A DNA stretch of 64,000 nt from Thermoplasmata archaeon (GTDB lineage: Archaea > Thermoplasmatota > Thermoplasmata > Lutacidiplasmatales > UBA184): positions 134,851 through 198,850 of the forward strand of contig DAHXNZ010000001.1 of NCBI GenBank assembly GCA_027365105.1. The letters run 5' to 3'. The notes under the pieces were generated by a model. It was not told where the DNA came from and ran no database searches. It saw only the letters and a program-made list of their open reading frames with translations. Shown piece after piece: positions 56,441 through 64,000 of the stretch (position 1 is its first letter; each line of letters starts with the position of its first letter). The position numbers were made by a program, and so were the translations under genes.

Positions 56441-57842
56441 CCACCGAGCCCATGGACGGTGCGGCCGCCGCGGGCCTCCCCCGGCCCGCGCTCGGGTTCT
56501 CGCTTGTCACGGCGGTCGGGCCGTAGACCCCGGGATACGACGGGGTCCGCCGCTCGAGCCGTTGCCGGTAGCTCCGCATGTACCGCCGATGGAAGAGGCC
56601 GATCGCCAGCGCGTTGAGGACGAAGATCGGGCCGAGCCGCCAGATGATCGGGACGAGGCCGTTGGTGTAGGTGAACAACTGGATCTGGATCGACGGTTCC
56701 ATCTCCCCCCAGACCGAGAGCAACATGAAGAACTCGAGCAGCGACGTCCCGATGAAGATGAAGAGGGGTCGATCCCGCGGATGGGTCCGCGGCGAGCGGT
56801 CGAGGAACGGCAGGAACAGGACGAAGAGCAGGATCACCACCCCGATCGCCATCGCGTCCGGGGCGGGGATCGGCGTAGTTCCGTTCACGAAGTCGAGCAT
56901 CTTGAACAGCCAGAGGAAGTACCAGTCGGGGATGATGACCGGCTGGACTGCGGCCGTGTTGCCGTAGTAGGTCGGGAGGTTCCACGGCCAAAGCGCAGCG
57001 ATCCCGATCAGGATTCCGATGTAGAGCAGCGCCCACTTGGTCATGTAGAAGAAGATGTGGGGCATGAAGGGGACGTGCTTCTTGTCCTCCTTTTCCGTGA
57101 AGCGGCGACGCTGGGAAGGATCGGAGGAGGCCGGGGGAGCGATCCCGTGCGATTCGAAGAGGGCGATGTGGGCGTAGAGAAGGGCCCCCAGGGCGACCGG
57201 GATCAGCAGGACATGCGCCGTGAACATCCGGGAAAGTAACGACTGGGGAGTCCCGTTGCCCAGCAGGAAGGGGGCGATCAGGTTCCCCAAGTAGGGCGTC
57301 CGTACCGCGAGGACGATGCCCACATCGGTCGCCCCGTAGCTCAGGGCCGTGTAGGGCAGAAGGTAGCCGGTGAAGCCCATGCCCAGCGTCGCCAGCATGA
57401 GGAGGGTGCCGACCATCCAGGAGAACTCCCGGGGCTTCTTGTACGCCCCCATGTAGTAACCCCGGTAGAAGTGCACCAGCATCAGGAAAATCATGGCGTA
57501 GGCGCCGTACAGATGGCTCGAGAGAAGCAGCGAGCCCATGGGGACCGAGTTGATGATGTAGAATGTGCTGCACCAGGCGGCCGGGGAGACGGAGAGCGTC
57601 CCCACGGCCTGGCCGCAGGCCGTCAGGGTCGGGTTGACGCTGGGCTCGTAGTAGAGCAACAGCAGCGCGCCCGAGACCACCTGGTAGAGAAAGGCGGTCG
57701 CCACGAACGCACCGGTCCAGTACGACGGTTTGAAGGTAAACTCGGGCTGGGGCCGGAGGGCCCACTTTTTCATCCCGGTCCGGTCCTCGACGAAGGTCCA
57801 GATTCGATTCAGATTCCGATTGTACCATCGAGAGAACGACAC
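56412..57842 (-). CDS. Cytochrome b (bc-type complex)
   Basis: ...NRIWTFVEDRTGMKKW... N-terminus, bis-heme His pairs (HFYRGYY..., FTAHVLLIP), ~10 TM. Start set at the in-frame GTG 57842, 10 nt after the Rieske stop. The alternative ATG 57998 would overlap the Rieske gene by 146 nt. Confidence 0.8.
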   Translation of the reverse strand: MSFSRWYNRNLNRIWTFVEDRTGMKKWALRPQPEFTFKPSYWTGAFVATAFLYQVVSGALLLLYYEPSVNPTLTACGQAVGTLSVSPAAWCSTFYIINSVPMGSLLLSSHLYGAYAMIFLMLVHFYRGYYMGAYKKPREFSWMVGTLLMLATLGMGFTGYLLPYTALSYGATDVGIVLAVRTPYLGNLIAPFLLGNGTPQSLLSRMFTAHVLLIPVALGALLYAHIALFESHGIAPPASSDPSQRRRFTEKEDKKHVPFMPHIFFYMTKWALLYIGILIGIAALWPWNLPTYYGNTAAVQPVIIPDWYFLWLFKMLDFVNGTTPIPAPDAMAIGVVILLFVLFLPFLDRSPRTHPRDRPLFIFIGTSLLEFFMLLSVWGEMEPSIQIQLFTYTNGLVPIIWRLGPIFVLNALAIGLFHRRYMRSYRQRLERRTPSYPGVYGPTAVTSENPSAGRGRPAAAAPSMGSVGAPGVGYGK

Positions 57843-57852
57843 GTTGAGGCTC

Positions 57853-58692
57853 CTACGGGCAGAGGATCGTGGGAGTGTCCTTGTAGAGCTGCTGGGTGTT
57901 GCCGACCCCGTAGCCTCCCTGCAGGTTGTGGATGTGCCCGTTGATGGGGACCCCGTCCAAGCTCGCCATGCCGTGGGCGTAGATGTTCCCATCGGCATCG
58001 GTCTCGAGCAGCACCTGGGGCAACGCGTAGAGGGTCGGGCCGGTGAGGGGGTTCGCGTTGCTCGTCACGTCGTAGGTCGACCCATGGCAGGAGCAGTGGA
58101 TGTAGAATTTCATCGCCCCGTTCTTGCCCGAGGGGGTGAACGCCGAGCAGGTTCCTGGCGGGTAGTAGGCGATGGCCGGCGGGACGCAGCCCAGGTGTTG
58201 GCAGATGGCGCTGAAGGCGACGATGGTCCCCTGAGTCTTGGAGGGATTGCTGACCTGATTGGGAGCTCCGATTCCCCCCAGCACCGGGAGCGTCGTGGGG
58301 TTGAGGTTCAGGAAGAAGTTCGGCTCGTTCTGCAGCGGGTAGTTGAAGATGAAGATCTGCCCGGCGGTGGTCAGGCTGTACTCCTTCATCACCCGATCGA
58401 CGGTCAGGGCCGAACCGTTGACATCGATGAGCTGGGTCTTGGGGTAGCTGGACAACCCGACGACCGGGGGTCGGGCGTACTGCAGCGCGCCCCCGATCGC
58501 CCCGCCGGCGCCCGCCGCGACGACCCCCGCGACGGCCAGGAGCTTGAGGATGTTGCGCTTCGTCTCGTCGACCTCGCCCGGCCCGGGCTCCTGGGTCGAG
58601 GCCACCGCGCGAACCATCCCGACGGGGAAGTCGAGCGCCACGTCCCGGGGGGCGATGAACGGGCAGTCCGTCGGGCAGTCGATGCCGTTCAT
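57853..58692 (-). CDS. Rieske [2Fe-2S] iron-sulfur protein
   Basis: Box I CQHLGC and box II CSCHGS. N-terminal TM/Tat-like segment ETKRNILKLLAVAG (a KR variant of the twin-arginine motif). 279 aa. Confidence 0.9.
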   Translation of the reverse strand: MNGIDCPTDCPFIAPRDVALDFPVGMVRAVASTQEPGPGEVDETKRNILKLLAVAGVVAAGAGGAIGGALQYARPPVVGLSSYPKTQLIDVNGSALTVDRVMKEYSLTTAGQIFIFNYPLQNEPNFFLNLNPTTLPVLGGIGAPNQVSNPSKTQGTIVAFSAICQHLGCVPPAIAYYPPGTCSAFTPSGKNGAMKFYIHCSCHGSTYDVTSNANPLTGPTLYALPQVLLETDADGNIYAHGMASLDGVPINGHIHNLQGGYGVGNTQQLYKDTPTILCP

Positions 58693-58892
58693 TCGAGGGT
58701 CCTCCCCTCCGTGTTCGGCACCGTGTCGTCCGCCTCGGCGGGGTCAGGGATCGTCGCCTCGCCCGGGAGCTCGGCGCGGTCACTTCCATAGTAGACGGCC
58801 CAGATGATGCCCAGCCCGGCCAGGAGCACCAGGATTTCCGCCAGCGTCACGATTTGGTCGGGGTTCAATGCACTCATAGGGACCTTCCCCAC
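58689..58892 (-). CDS. Small single-TM protein (67 aa)
   Basis: MGKVPMSALNPDQIVTLAEILVLLAGLGIIWAVYYG.... 4-nt overlap with the Rieske start. Confidence 0.4.
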   Translation of the reverse strand: MGKVPMSALNPDQIVTLAEILVLLAGLGIIWAVYYGSDRAELPGEATIPDPAEADDTVPNTEGRTLE

Positions 58893-59290
58893 TGCTCTCC
58901 ATCCCAGCCGAGGGAGGACGTCCAGACAGGAGTGATGCCGTGGGCTTCCGACGCGACCCCGGTGGCGGCGGTCGCCGTGGGCCCAGGGGCCTGTCGGCCG
59001 GAAAACCCTCCCAGGGGACCCGCGACGGCCACCGCCATGTTGCGCACGGGCGCAGAGACCGACGAATCATCCCCCAGGAGCATCGCCCGGAGCGAGGTCG
59101 GCTGCCCGGCAACCGGCACCGGAATCTCGGCCGCCTCGGCTACCTCGGCCAGCATCTGTCGCTTCATCCGTACCGCACGGCCGTACCATCGACCCAGAGT
59201 GCGGACGGCCTGGGTTCCTCCGTCCCCGAACAGCACGAGGGCGCCGATGCCCAGGAGAATAATCCAATCCATATCGGAGAACAGCGACAT
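58874..59290 (-). CDS. TatA/TatE-like protein, divergent, with long C-terminal extension
   Basis: N-terminus MSLFSDMDWIILLGIGALVLFG... resembles the TatA TM plus hinge (LFG), but the amphipathic helix is atypical and the protein is 138 aa. Confidence 0.45.
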   Translation of the reverse strand: MSLFSDMDWIILLGIGALVLFGDGGTQAVRTLGRWYGRAVRMKRQMLAEVAEAAEIPVPVAGQPTSLRAMLLGDDSSVSAPVRNMAVAVAGPLGGFSGRQAPGPTATAATGVASEAHGITPVWTSSLGWDGEQWGRSL

Positions 59291-59296
59291 CTCACC

Positions 59297-60130
59297 TCAC
59301 CCCGAGAGCGCCATCCTCGGATGCCGGGGCGGTAGCTCCTGCCGGCGCTCCCATCGCGAGGCAAAGTACGCTCCGCCGAAGTAGAGCGCCATCATCGGCG
59401 CGGCGATGAGCAGCATCGTGATGCCGGAGTTGTCGGGGGTGATGATCATCCCGAAGACCAGGCACCCGATCACCGCAATCCGCCAGTGCTTGCGCCAGGT
59501 GGCCGCCCGTACCAGCCGCAGCCGAGTCAGCGAGTAGATGAAGACGGGAAGCTCGAACACCACTCCGAACCCGAGAGAGTAGAGGAGCACGAAGGTCACG
59601 AAGCTCTGGGCGCTCATCACCTGGGCCAACCCGAGCGCATCGATGTACCGGAGCAGAATCAGGAAGGTGAACGGCGTCAGCAAAAACGCCCCGATGAGTG
59701 TCCCCAGCGCAAAGAGGGCCGTGGCCGGAATCCCGATCTGTCGGATCAGCTGTCGCTCGTTGCGCCGAAGCGCCGGCGAGAGGAAGGCGCCGACCTCGTG
59801 GACGATCCAGGGCATCCCGAAGATCAACGTCAGGAGGAGCCCGACCTCCATCTCGACCATCACCGAATCGCCCACGCCGAGGTTGAGCAGTTGGACTCCG
59901 GGGGGGAGCATGGTGGCGGCCATCCCCCGGAATACCTGGGCGGAGACGTTGTAGAAAAGGTTCGGCCACGGATAGGCGAACGGGATCGCCCAGGGGCCGA
60001 CGCGGAGGGTGAACGGCACCAACTGAAAGGCGATCAGGAAGGCAAAGATCGGGACCAGCACATACCCGATCCGCACCAGCCGGTAGCGGACTTCGCCGAG
60101 GATCGACAGAATCCGCTGGAGGTCGGTCAT
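59297..60130 (-). CDS. tatC: Sec-independent protein translocase TatC
   Basis: Six-TM TatC organisation with conserved segments (IRQIGIPATALFALGTLIGAFLLTPFTF, VFELPVFIY, TPDNSGITMLLIAAPMMALY). Confidence 0.85.
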   Translation of the reverse strand: MTDLQRILSILGEVRYRLVRIGYVLVPIFAFLIAFQLVPFTLRVGPWAIPFAYPWPNLFYNVSAQVFRGMAATMLPPGVQLLNLGVGDSVMVEMEVGLLLTLIFGMPWIVHEVGAFLSPALRRNERQLIRQIGIPATALFALGTLIGAFLLTPFTFLILLRYIDALGLAQVMSAQSFVTFVLLYSLGFGVVFELPVFIYSLTRLRLVRAATWRKHWRIAVIGCLVFGMIITPDNSGITMLLIAAPMMALYFGGAYFASRWERRQELPPRHPRMALSG

Positions 60131-60239
60131 CTCTGTGGAACGGGAGCATGTTCACGGCCAGCCGGCAGACTGAGGGGACCGAACTAGCGCATTCGATCGG
60201 TTGAAGCTCTCCTGCATGCCGTGGAATCCGGGGGTTGAA

Positions 60240-60440
60240 TCAGTGGGGAGGGGGGGCGGAAGCCGGGTTGACGACGGCCTTCTCGGACGCGATCTCGCGG
60301 TCGACCTCGAGGCGACCCCGCTTGAACTCGCCGACGGAACGCCCCAGGCTATGGGCGAGTTGCGGGATCTTGCTGGACCCGTAGAACAGAACTCCGGCGA
60401 CCACGGCGATTATCAGCCAGTCATCGATGGAGTCGAACAT
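60240..60440 (-). CDS. tatA: Sec-independent protein translocase TatA
   Basis: ATG at 60440 gives MFDSIDDWLIIAVVAGVLFYGSSKIPQLAHSLGRSVGEFKRG, the canonical TatA. The track ORF has 28 extra N-terminal codons. Confidence 0.8.
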   Translation of the reverse strand: MFDSIDDWLIIAVVAGVLFYGSSKIPQLAHSLGRSVGEFKRGRLEVDREIASEKAVVNPASAPPPH

Positions 60441-60538
60441 ACCCAACCTCGATTTCCAAGGCGACCCGGGAGGATATGGCGTTCGTACGGGAGGGCTCGA
60501 CGCGTACGAACAACACCAACCCACTGTATATGAATACC

Positions 60539-61594
60539 CTACGCGGCGTCGGCCAAAATCGACTCAGTTCCTGCCGAAACGGCCCGGTCGATTGCCACTT
60601 CGGACAGCAGCGACAGGCATCGGGTACTCCGCTGGAGCACCAGCGAGGCGGACAGGGCTCCGTTCTTCCGGGCCGGTCCCTTGAGCCGATCCGTGGCCCT
60701 CACGGCGGCCTCACCCAAACGGACGCTCCCTTGGTGGACCTCGCAGGCCCGCTCGAGCTGGGGGTGAAGCAGGGCATCCATGACCTCCTTCAGGTACACC
60801 TTCAGTTCGGGGACAAACTCAACCAAGCTATCGGCCGATCCTGCGGCATTGGCGGTCCCTTCATTGAGCAGGGCGGCCGCCTCCCCGAACAGGCAGGCCA
60901 TGTCCTGCAACGAGTGGACGACGACCCTCCACTCGAGGAGGTGTCGAGGATCCGGTGAGCCGATCCGCCGGGCGAGCGACCAGTCCCGGCTCGCCAGGAA
61001 GAGCTGGCGGACCAGGAGGGCCAGGACTTTGCTGCCCTCTTCGTCGAGGGTGGTCAGGCGACGGGAGCGGACATCCCGCTGCAGTACTTCCTCGATCTCG
61101 TCAAGGAAGGCAACCAGGATCATCTTCATGCGCTGCACCAGCTGGGGCAAACCGTACTTCGACGGATCGATGAAATTCTGCAACAGGACCCGGTTCGGTT
61201 CCTGGGCCACCACGGAAACCCCGAGGAGGCCCCGGGCCGCCGCGTGGAGCTCCTCGACCCGTTCGGGGGTGAAGGCGACCTCGGTCCGGATCTCGATGGC
61301 GTCGTGGCCGACCCGGTAGGCGCCGATGATCAGTCGTTCCAGGATCCCGGGGGCCTCGAAACTGTGGACCTGGACCAGGTACGGCTGGACGGCGCCTCCG
61401 GCACCGGCGGTCGGTGCCGGCTTGAGGTAGAGAGTCCCGTCGTCATTCTGGTCGAAGACAATCAGGTCTCCCGGGTGAAGGTTCATCGCTTCCGCCCAGG
61501 GTTTGGGGAGGGTGACCGCGATCGAGGAGTGGCCGGCCTTGAGGACGCGGCGCTCCCTGCTGGGGGTAGACCAAGCCATGAGAAGATGCTCCAA
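60539..61594 (-). CDS. PhoU-domain regulator with N-terminal AbrB/SpoVT-like DNA-binding domain (archaeal phosphate-uptake-regulator-like)
   Basis: N-terminal swapped-hairpin LKAGHSSIAVTLPKPWAEAMNLHPGDLIVFDQNDDGTLYL, followed by two PhoU-like helical repeats. 351 aa. Confidence 0.65.
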   Translation of the reverse strand: MEHLLMAWSTPSRERRVLKAGHSSIAVTLPKPWAEAMNLHPGDLIVFDQNDDGTLYLKPAPTAGAGGAVQPYLVQVHSFEAPGILERLIIGAYRVGHDAIEIRTEVAFTPERVEELHAAARGLLGVSVVAQEPNRVLLQNFIDPSKYGLPQLVQRMKMILVAFLDEIEEVLQRDVRSRRLTTLDEEGSKVLALLVRQLFLASRDWSLARRIGSPDPRHLLEWRVVVHSLQDMACLFGEAAALLNEGTANAAGSADSLVEFVPELKVYLKEVMDALLHPQLERACEVHQGSVRLGEAAVRATDRLKGPARKNGALSASLVLQRSTRCLSLLSEVAIDRAVSAGTESILADAA

Positions 61595-61660
61595 ACCTAC
61601 TACGAGGCACGTAGGTCATTGGGGAGCCCTTCTTGAGGTTTGCGCTGGCCGTGGACTGGC

Positions 61661-62425
61661 TCACTTAGGGGCGGGCGGGGTTCCCCCCTGAGGGGCCGAG
61701 GGCTCCGTGGGAGGCTCAGGGTAGCCGAGCCGTTCGGGCGGCATCTCTTCGCCCTGACGGCGGCGGCCGACCACGAACGCGAGCACCACGGCGATGACGA
61801 CGAGCGTGACAATCGTCCCGGTGATGATGAATACCGGAAGGCCCGGACCGGTGTTGACCGTAGAGCCCGAAAGGTTTGAGGGCAGATCCATCCCGAACGC
61901 CAGGAACCCGAACATGCCGGACTGATAATGGCCCGGCTCGAGGCAGATGAACTCGTACCAACCCTTGGCGGGTGAGGTGAAGTTGATCACTTTGCTCCCG
62001 AGGGTCGTCAGGAACGGGACGTTGACGAGGGGCGGATACTTTGCGAAGAAGTTGCTGAGCTGGCCCGCGGTGACCGAGGCGGGGTTGCCGCCGGCCAGGC
62101 TGGCGAGGTCGTACCCCTCATTGCTCGCGTTCACCAAGGTGAAGGTATGGGCCAGAGAGCCCAGGGTCGTCATCGTGAGGGTGATCGTCGAATTGGGGGC
62201 CAGGTTCCCGACAGCATTGGGAGTGAAGGCGAAGGCGTTCGAGACCGAGATCGATAGGCTCGTCGACCCGGACGCGGCGACGGCGGATCCGGCCGGCTCC
62301 GCCGAGGGATCGGTCGGGGAGCCGACCGGGATCGAGGCTGCCAGGAGGGACAGCACGACCACCGACGCCACCACCAAAGCCAGGACCGCGGTCGCTCGAA
62401 GTGGAACGCGCATGCGGATCGACAT
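61661..62425 (-). CDS. Blue (type-1) copper protein, sulfocyanin/plastocyanin-like, with N-terminal signal anchor and C-terminal TM
   Basis: ATG at 62425/62413 gives MRVPLRATAVLALVVASVVVLSLL.... Cupredoxin ligands H (SLAHTFTL) and C-x2-PGH-x4-M (FICLEPGHYQSGMFGF). Several N-x-S/T sequons. C-terminal hydrophobic anchor. The track ORF has 170 junk N-terminal codons. Confidence 0.75.
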   Translation of the reverse strand: MSIRMRVPLRATAVLALVVASVVVLSLLAASIPVGSPTDPSAEPAGSAVAASGSTSLSISVSNAFAFTPNAVGNLAPNSTITLTMTTLGSLAHTFTLVNASNEGYDLASLAGGNPASVTAGQLSNFFAKYPPLVNVPFLTTLGSKVINFTSPAKGWYEFICLEPGHYQSGMFGFLAFGMDLPSNLSGSTVNTGPGLPVFIITGTIVTLVVIAVVLAFVVGRRRQGEEMPPERLGYPEPPTEPSAPQGGTPPAPK

Positions 62426-63127
62426 CGGTGGGGGCGAGGTCGCGAGGGATTCAAACCCCCTCCGTACGTACGGCGGGGATGGGGGCGGTCCCGGCCCGTC
62501 GCGGTCCGGGGCGGCCCCCCGCATTCCGCCCGAAAAAAAGTTGACCTCCCAACGGCCGCCGCCTCGCCCCGGGGCCCCCCATTCCCCCGAGCCGGGCGGC
62601 AGGTCGGATCGGGGGAGGCTCGTGATCGCCCTCCGGGGTCGGAGATGCGCACCTTCGGTAGGTAACCGACGACCCGCACCCCCTCCGATCCTCGGCAAAT
62701 TCTCGGGCGGAACGCCCCGGGTGACCGGACGGTCGCGCGGCCTCGTGGGGGGCCGGTCGGTCCGAAGGTTGGTGAACCTCGGCGTGGATCGAGTCCCACC
62801 GGACCCGGGCTCCCCGCTCGGCCGGCCGTCGGGTCTGACCGGGCTCTGCCGGGTCGCGGCCGGCTCCCGGGCCGGCGGCCGGGTGCGGGGCCTATCCGTG
62901 GCGGGAAGCGCTGCCCGTGCCGGGCGAACCGGCACGAGCGATGGTCGTCCGGCCCCGGGATTGGACGGGGGGAAAACGGCCGTTTGACCCCCGATCGCCG
63001 GTCGGAGGAGCCCTCGGACAGGGAGCCCTGCGGGCGGGGCTGGGGCAGGGCCCGAACTCCAGGCACCCAGAGCCGTCGAGAGGCGGCCAACCCAGCACGC
63101 GCTCCGCTTCGGGGGACCGGTTCATAC

Positions 63128-63394
63128 ATGACAGATATGAATCTGCAGCCTCCATGCACCACCGTGCACGCTCCGACCCCATCCTGGAGCCTCCCCGCGA
63201 CCGCCTCGGTTGCGGCCCTCGCCGGGACCATCGGTTCGAGGATGGCTGCTCAGACCCCTCTCCAACAGACCCTCCCGCTGGTCTGGGTCCTCAGCGGGAT
63301 TTCCATCGGGGGAGCGCTGATCACCTACGCCTTCCTCGCCTACGCCATTTACCGATTCCGCGACCCTGCGACCCGCCGGAGGCGCTATGGTTAA
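63128..63394 (+). CDS. Small single-TM protein; may be the detached first TM helix of CoxII
   Basis: MTDMNLQPP...LPLVWVLSGISIGGALITYAFLAYAIYRFRDPATRRRRYG. Its stop overlaps the start of the CoxII-like ORF by 8 nt in a different frame. Confidence 0.4.
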   Translation: MTDMNLQPPCTTVHAPTPSWSLPATASVAALAGTIGSRMAAQTPLQQTLPLVWVLSGISIGGALITYAFLAYAIYRFRDPATRRRRYG

Positions 63395-63860
63395 CAAACT
63401 GGAGCTGCTCTGGACCTTGGCCGTGATCGGCCTCATCACCGGAGTCGCGGTGTACTCCTCGTTCCTCTACTACAACCTCGGTGCGCTGCCGGCCAACCCC
63501 GAGGAGTACGTCGAAGTGATCGGGCACCAATGGTACTGGGAGTTCTGCTACGGCAACGGGAGTTGTTTCAACTCGTCGTACTCGCCTCCCACCGGCGCCG
63601 GGAGCTTGGGCTCAGTTTCGGGAGGTGCTTTATGGGCGCCCGCGGGGGCCACGATCCAGTTGAACATCACGTCGGCCGATGTGGTCCATTCTTTGAACAT
63701 TCCGAATCTGGGGGTTCGTTTGGACGCGATTCCGGGCCGCATGAACCACATCGCCTTCACGGTACCGGATGTGGCCCCGGGGACGATGTACCTGATCCAG
63801 TGCACAGAGTTTTGCGGTCCGGGGCACGGGATTATGCGGTCGTTCCTCGTCATCACCTGA
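63387..63860 (+). CDS. coxB: Heme-copper oxidase subunit II-like (CuA cupredoxin) with a single N-terminal TM
   Basis: TM MVNKLELLWTLAVIGLITGVAVY (corresponds to TM2 of classical CoxII), then CuA motif H...CTEFCGPGHGIM. 157 aa. Confidence 0.8.
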   Translation: MVNKLELLWTLAVIGLITGVAVYSSFLYYNLGALPANPEEYVEVIGHQWYWEFCYGNGSCFNSSYSPPTGAGSLGSVSGGALWAPAGATIQLNITSADVVHSLNIPNLGVRLDAIPGRMNHIAFTVPDVAPGTMYLIQCTEFCGPGHGIMRSFLVIT

Positions 63861-64000
63861 CGCCGGCCGAACTCGACCCGCCCGCGAACTCGTCGCCGCC
63901 CTCAACCCCGGCCGAAATCCTCGCCGCGATGGGGGGGCACGGATAGATTCATAACCCGCCGGGGTGCTCCCTCGCCGAGTACCATGTCGCCTACCAAGAA

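Noticed and set aside
57843-57998. ATG at 57998 as the cytochrome b start
   Set aside because: It would overlap the Rieske gene by 146 nt and adds an S/T-rich nonsense N-terminus. An in-frame GTG at 57842 sits 10 nt after the Rieske stop, just before the conserved ...NRIWTFVEDRTG segment.
1-64000. CRISPR arrays, IS elements/transposases, rRNA genes
   Set aside because: No regularly spaced direct repeats, no transposase-like ORFs, no rRNA signature sequences seen.

Overview
High-GC (~68-70%) archaeal chromosomal segment. The gene content points to a euryarchaeon, possibly Thermoplasmatota-like, but that is inference only. Coding is dense on both strands. Because stop codons are rare at this GC, almost every real gene is shadowed by long spurious antisense or out-of-frame ORFs in the six-frame track. 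I called genes by recognisable protein motifs and by operon logic, mainly 4-nt ATGA/GTGA start-stop overlaps, and recomputed starts where the track ORF carried an obvious N-terminal read-through. Several starts are GTG.

Recognised content:
- GlyRS and an amidohydrolase.
- A COG1395-type HTH regulator divergent from a metallophosphoesterase.
- The conserved archaeal exosome superoperon: psmA, SBDS, Rrp4, Rrp41, Rrp42, L37Ae, plus a 44-aa RpoP that is too short for the ORF track.
- RadB and MGMT.
- The S12-S7-EF2 operon, divergent from a family-4 UDG that is translationally coupled to PolB.
- PurM, dihydroorotase, DedA and a Wzx-like flippase.
- Fused gamma-alpha and beta subunits of a 2-oxoacid:ferredoxin oxidoreductase, MoaD/MoaE, an ADP-forming acetyl-CoA synthetase and Mrp/ApbC.
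- Two TraB-family proteins, a GPN-loop GTPase, SRP19 and S8e.
- A glucose dehydrogenase plus KDG-aldolase pair (non-phosphorylative Entner-Doudoroff), RNase HII, SCP2 and pyruvoyl arginine decarboxylase.
- A divergent pair of paralogous GT-C membrane glycosyltransferases with a co-transcribed exported protein.
- A SIS / endonuclease IV / RlmE operon and a PEBP protein.
- A large aerobic respiratory cluster on the minus strand: heme O synthase, heme A synthase, CoxI, cytochrome b, Rieske protein, and TatC with two TatA genes. Separately there is a sulfocyanin-like blue copper protein divergent from a CoxII-like gene.

Loci worth a second look:
- A tRNA-Pro(GGG) found by hand at 51343-51417 (-). 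Its 3' end abuts a ~1.7 kb lower-GC stretch of frameshifted and amber-interrupted ORFs that contains a G10 homopolymer. I read this as a possible integrated-element remnant.
- A ~1.26 kb gene-free, purine-skewed gap at 46837-48100 that may carry an unannotated structured RNA.
- The GT-C pair plus exported protein.
- The CoxII-like gene whose first transmembrane helix sits in a separate overlapping ORF.

No CRISPR array, rRNA or transposase was recognised.
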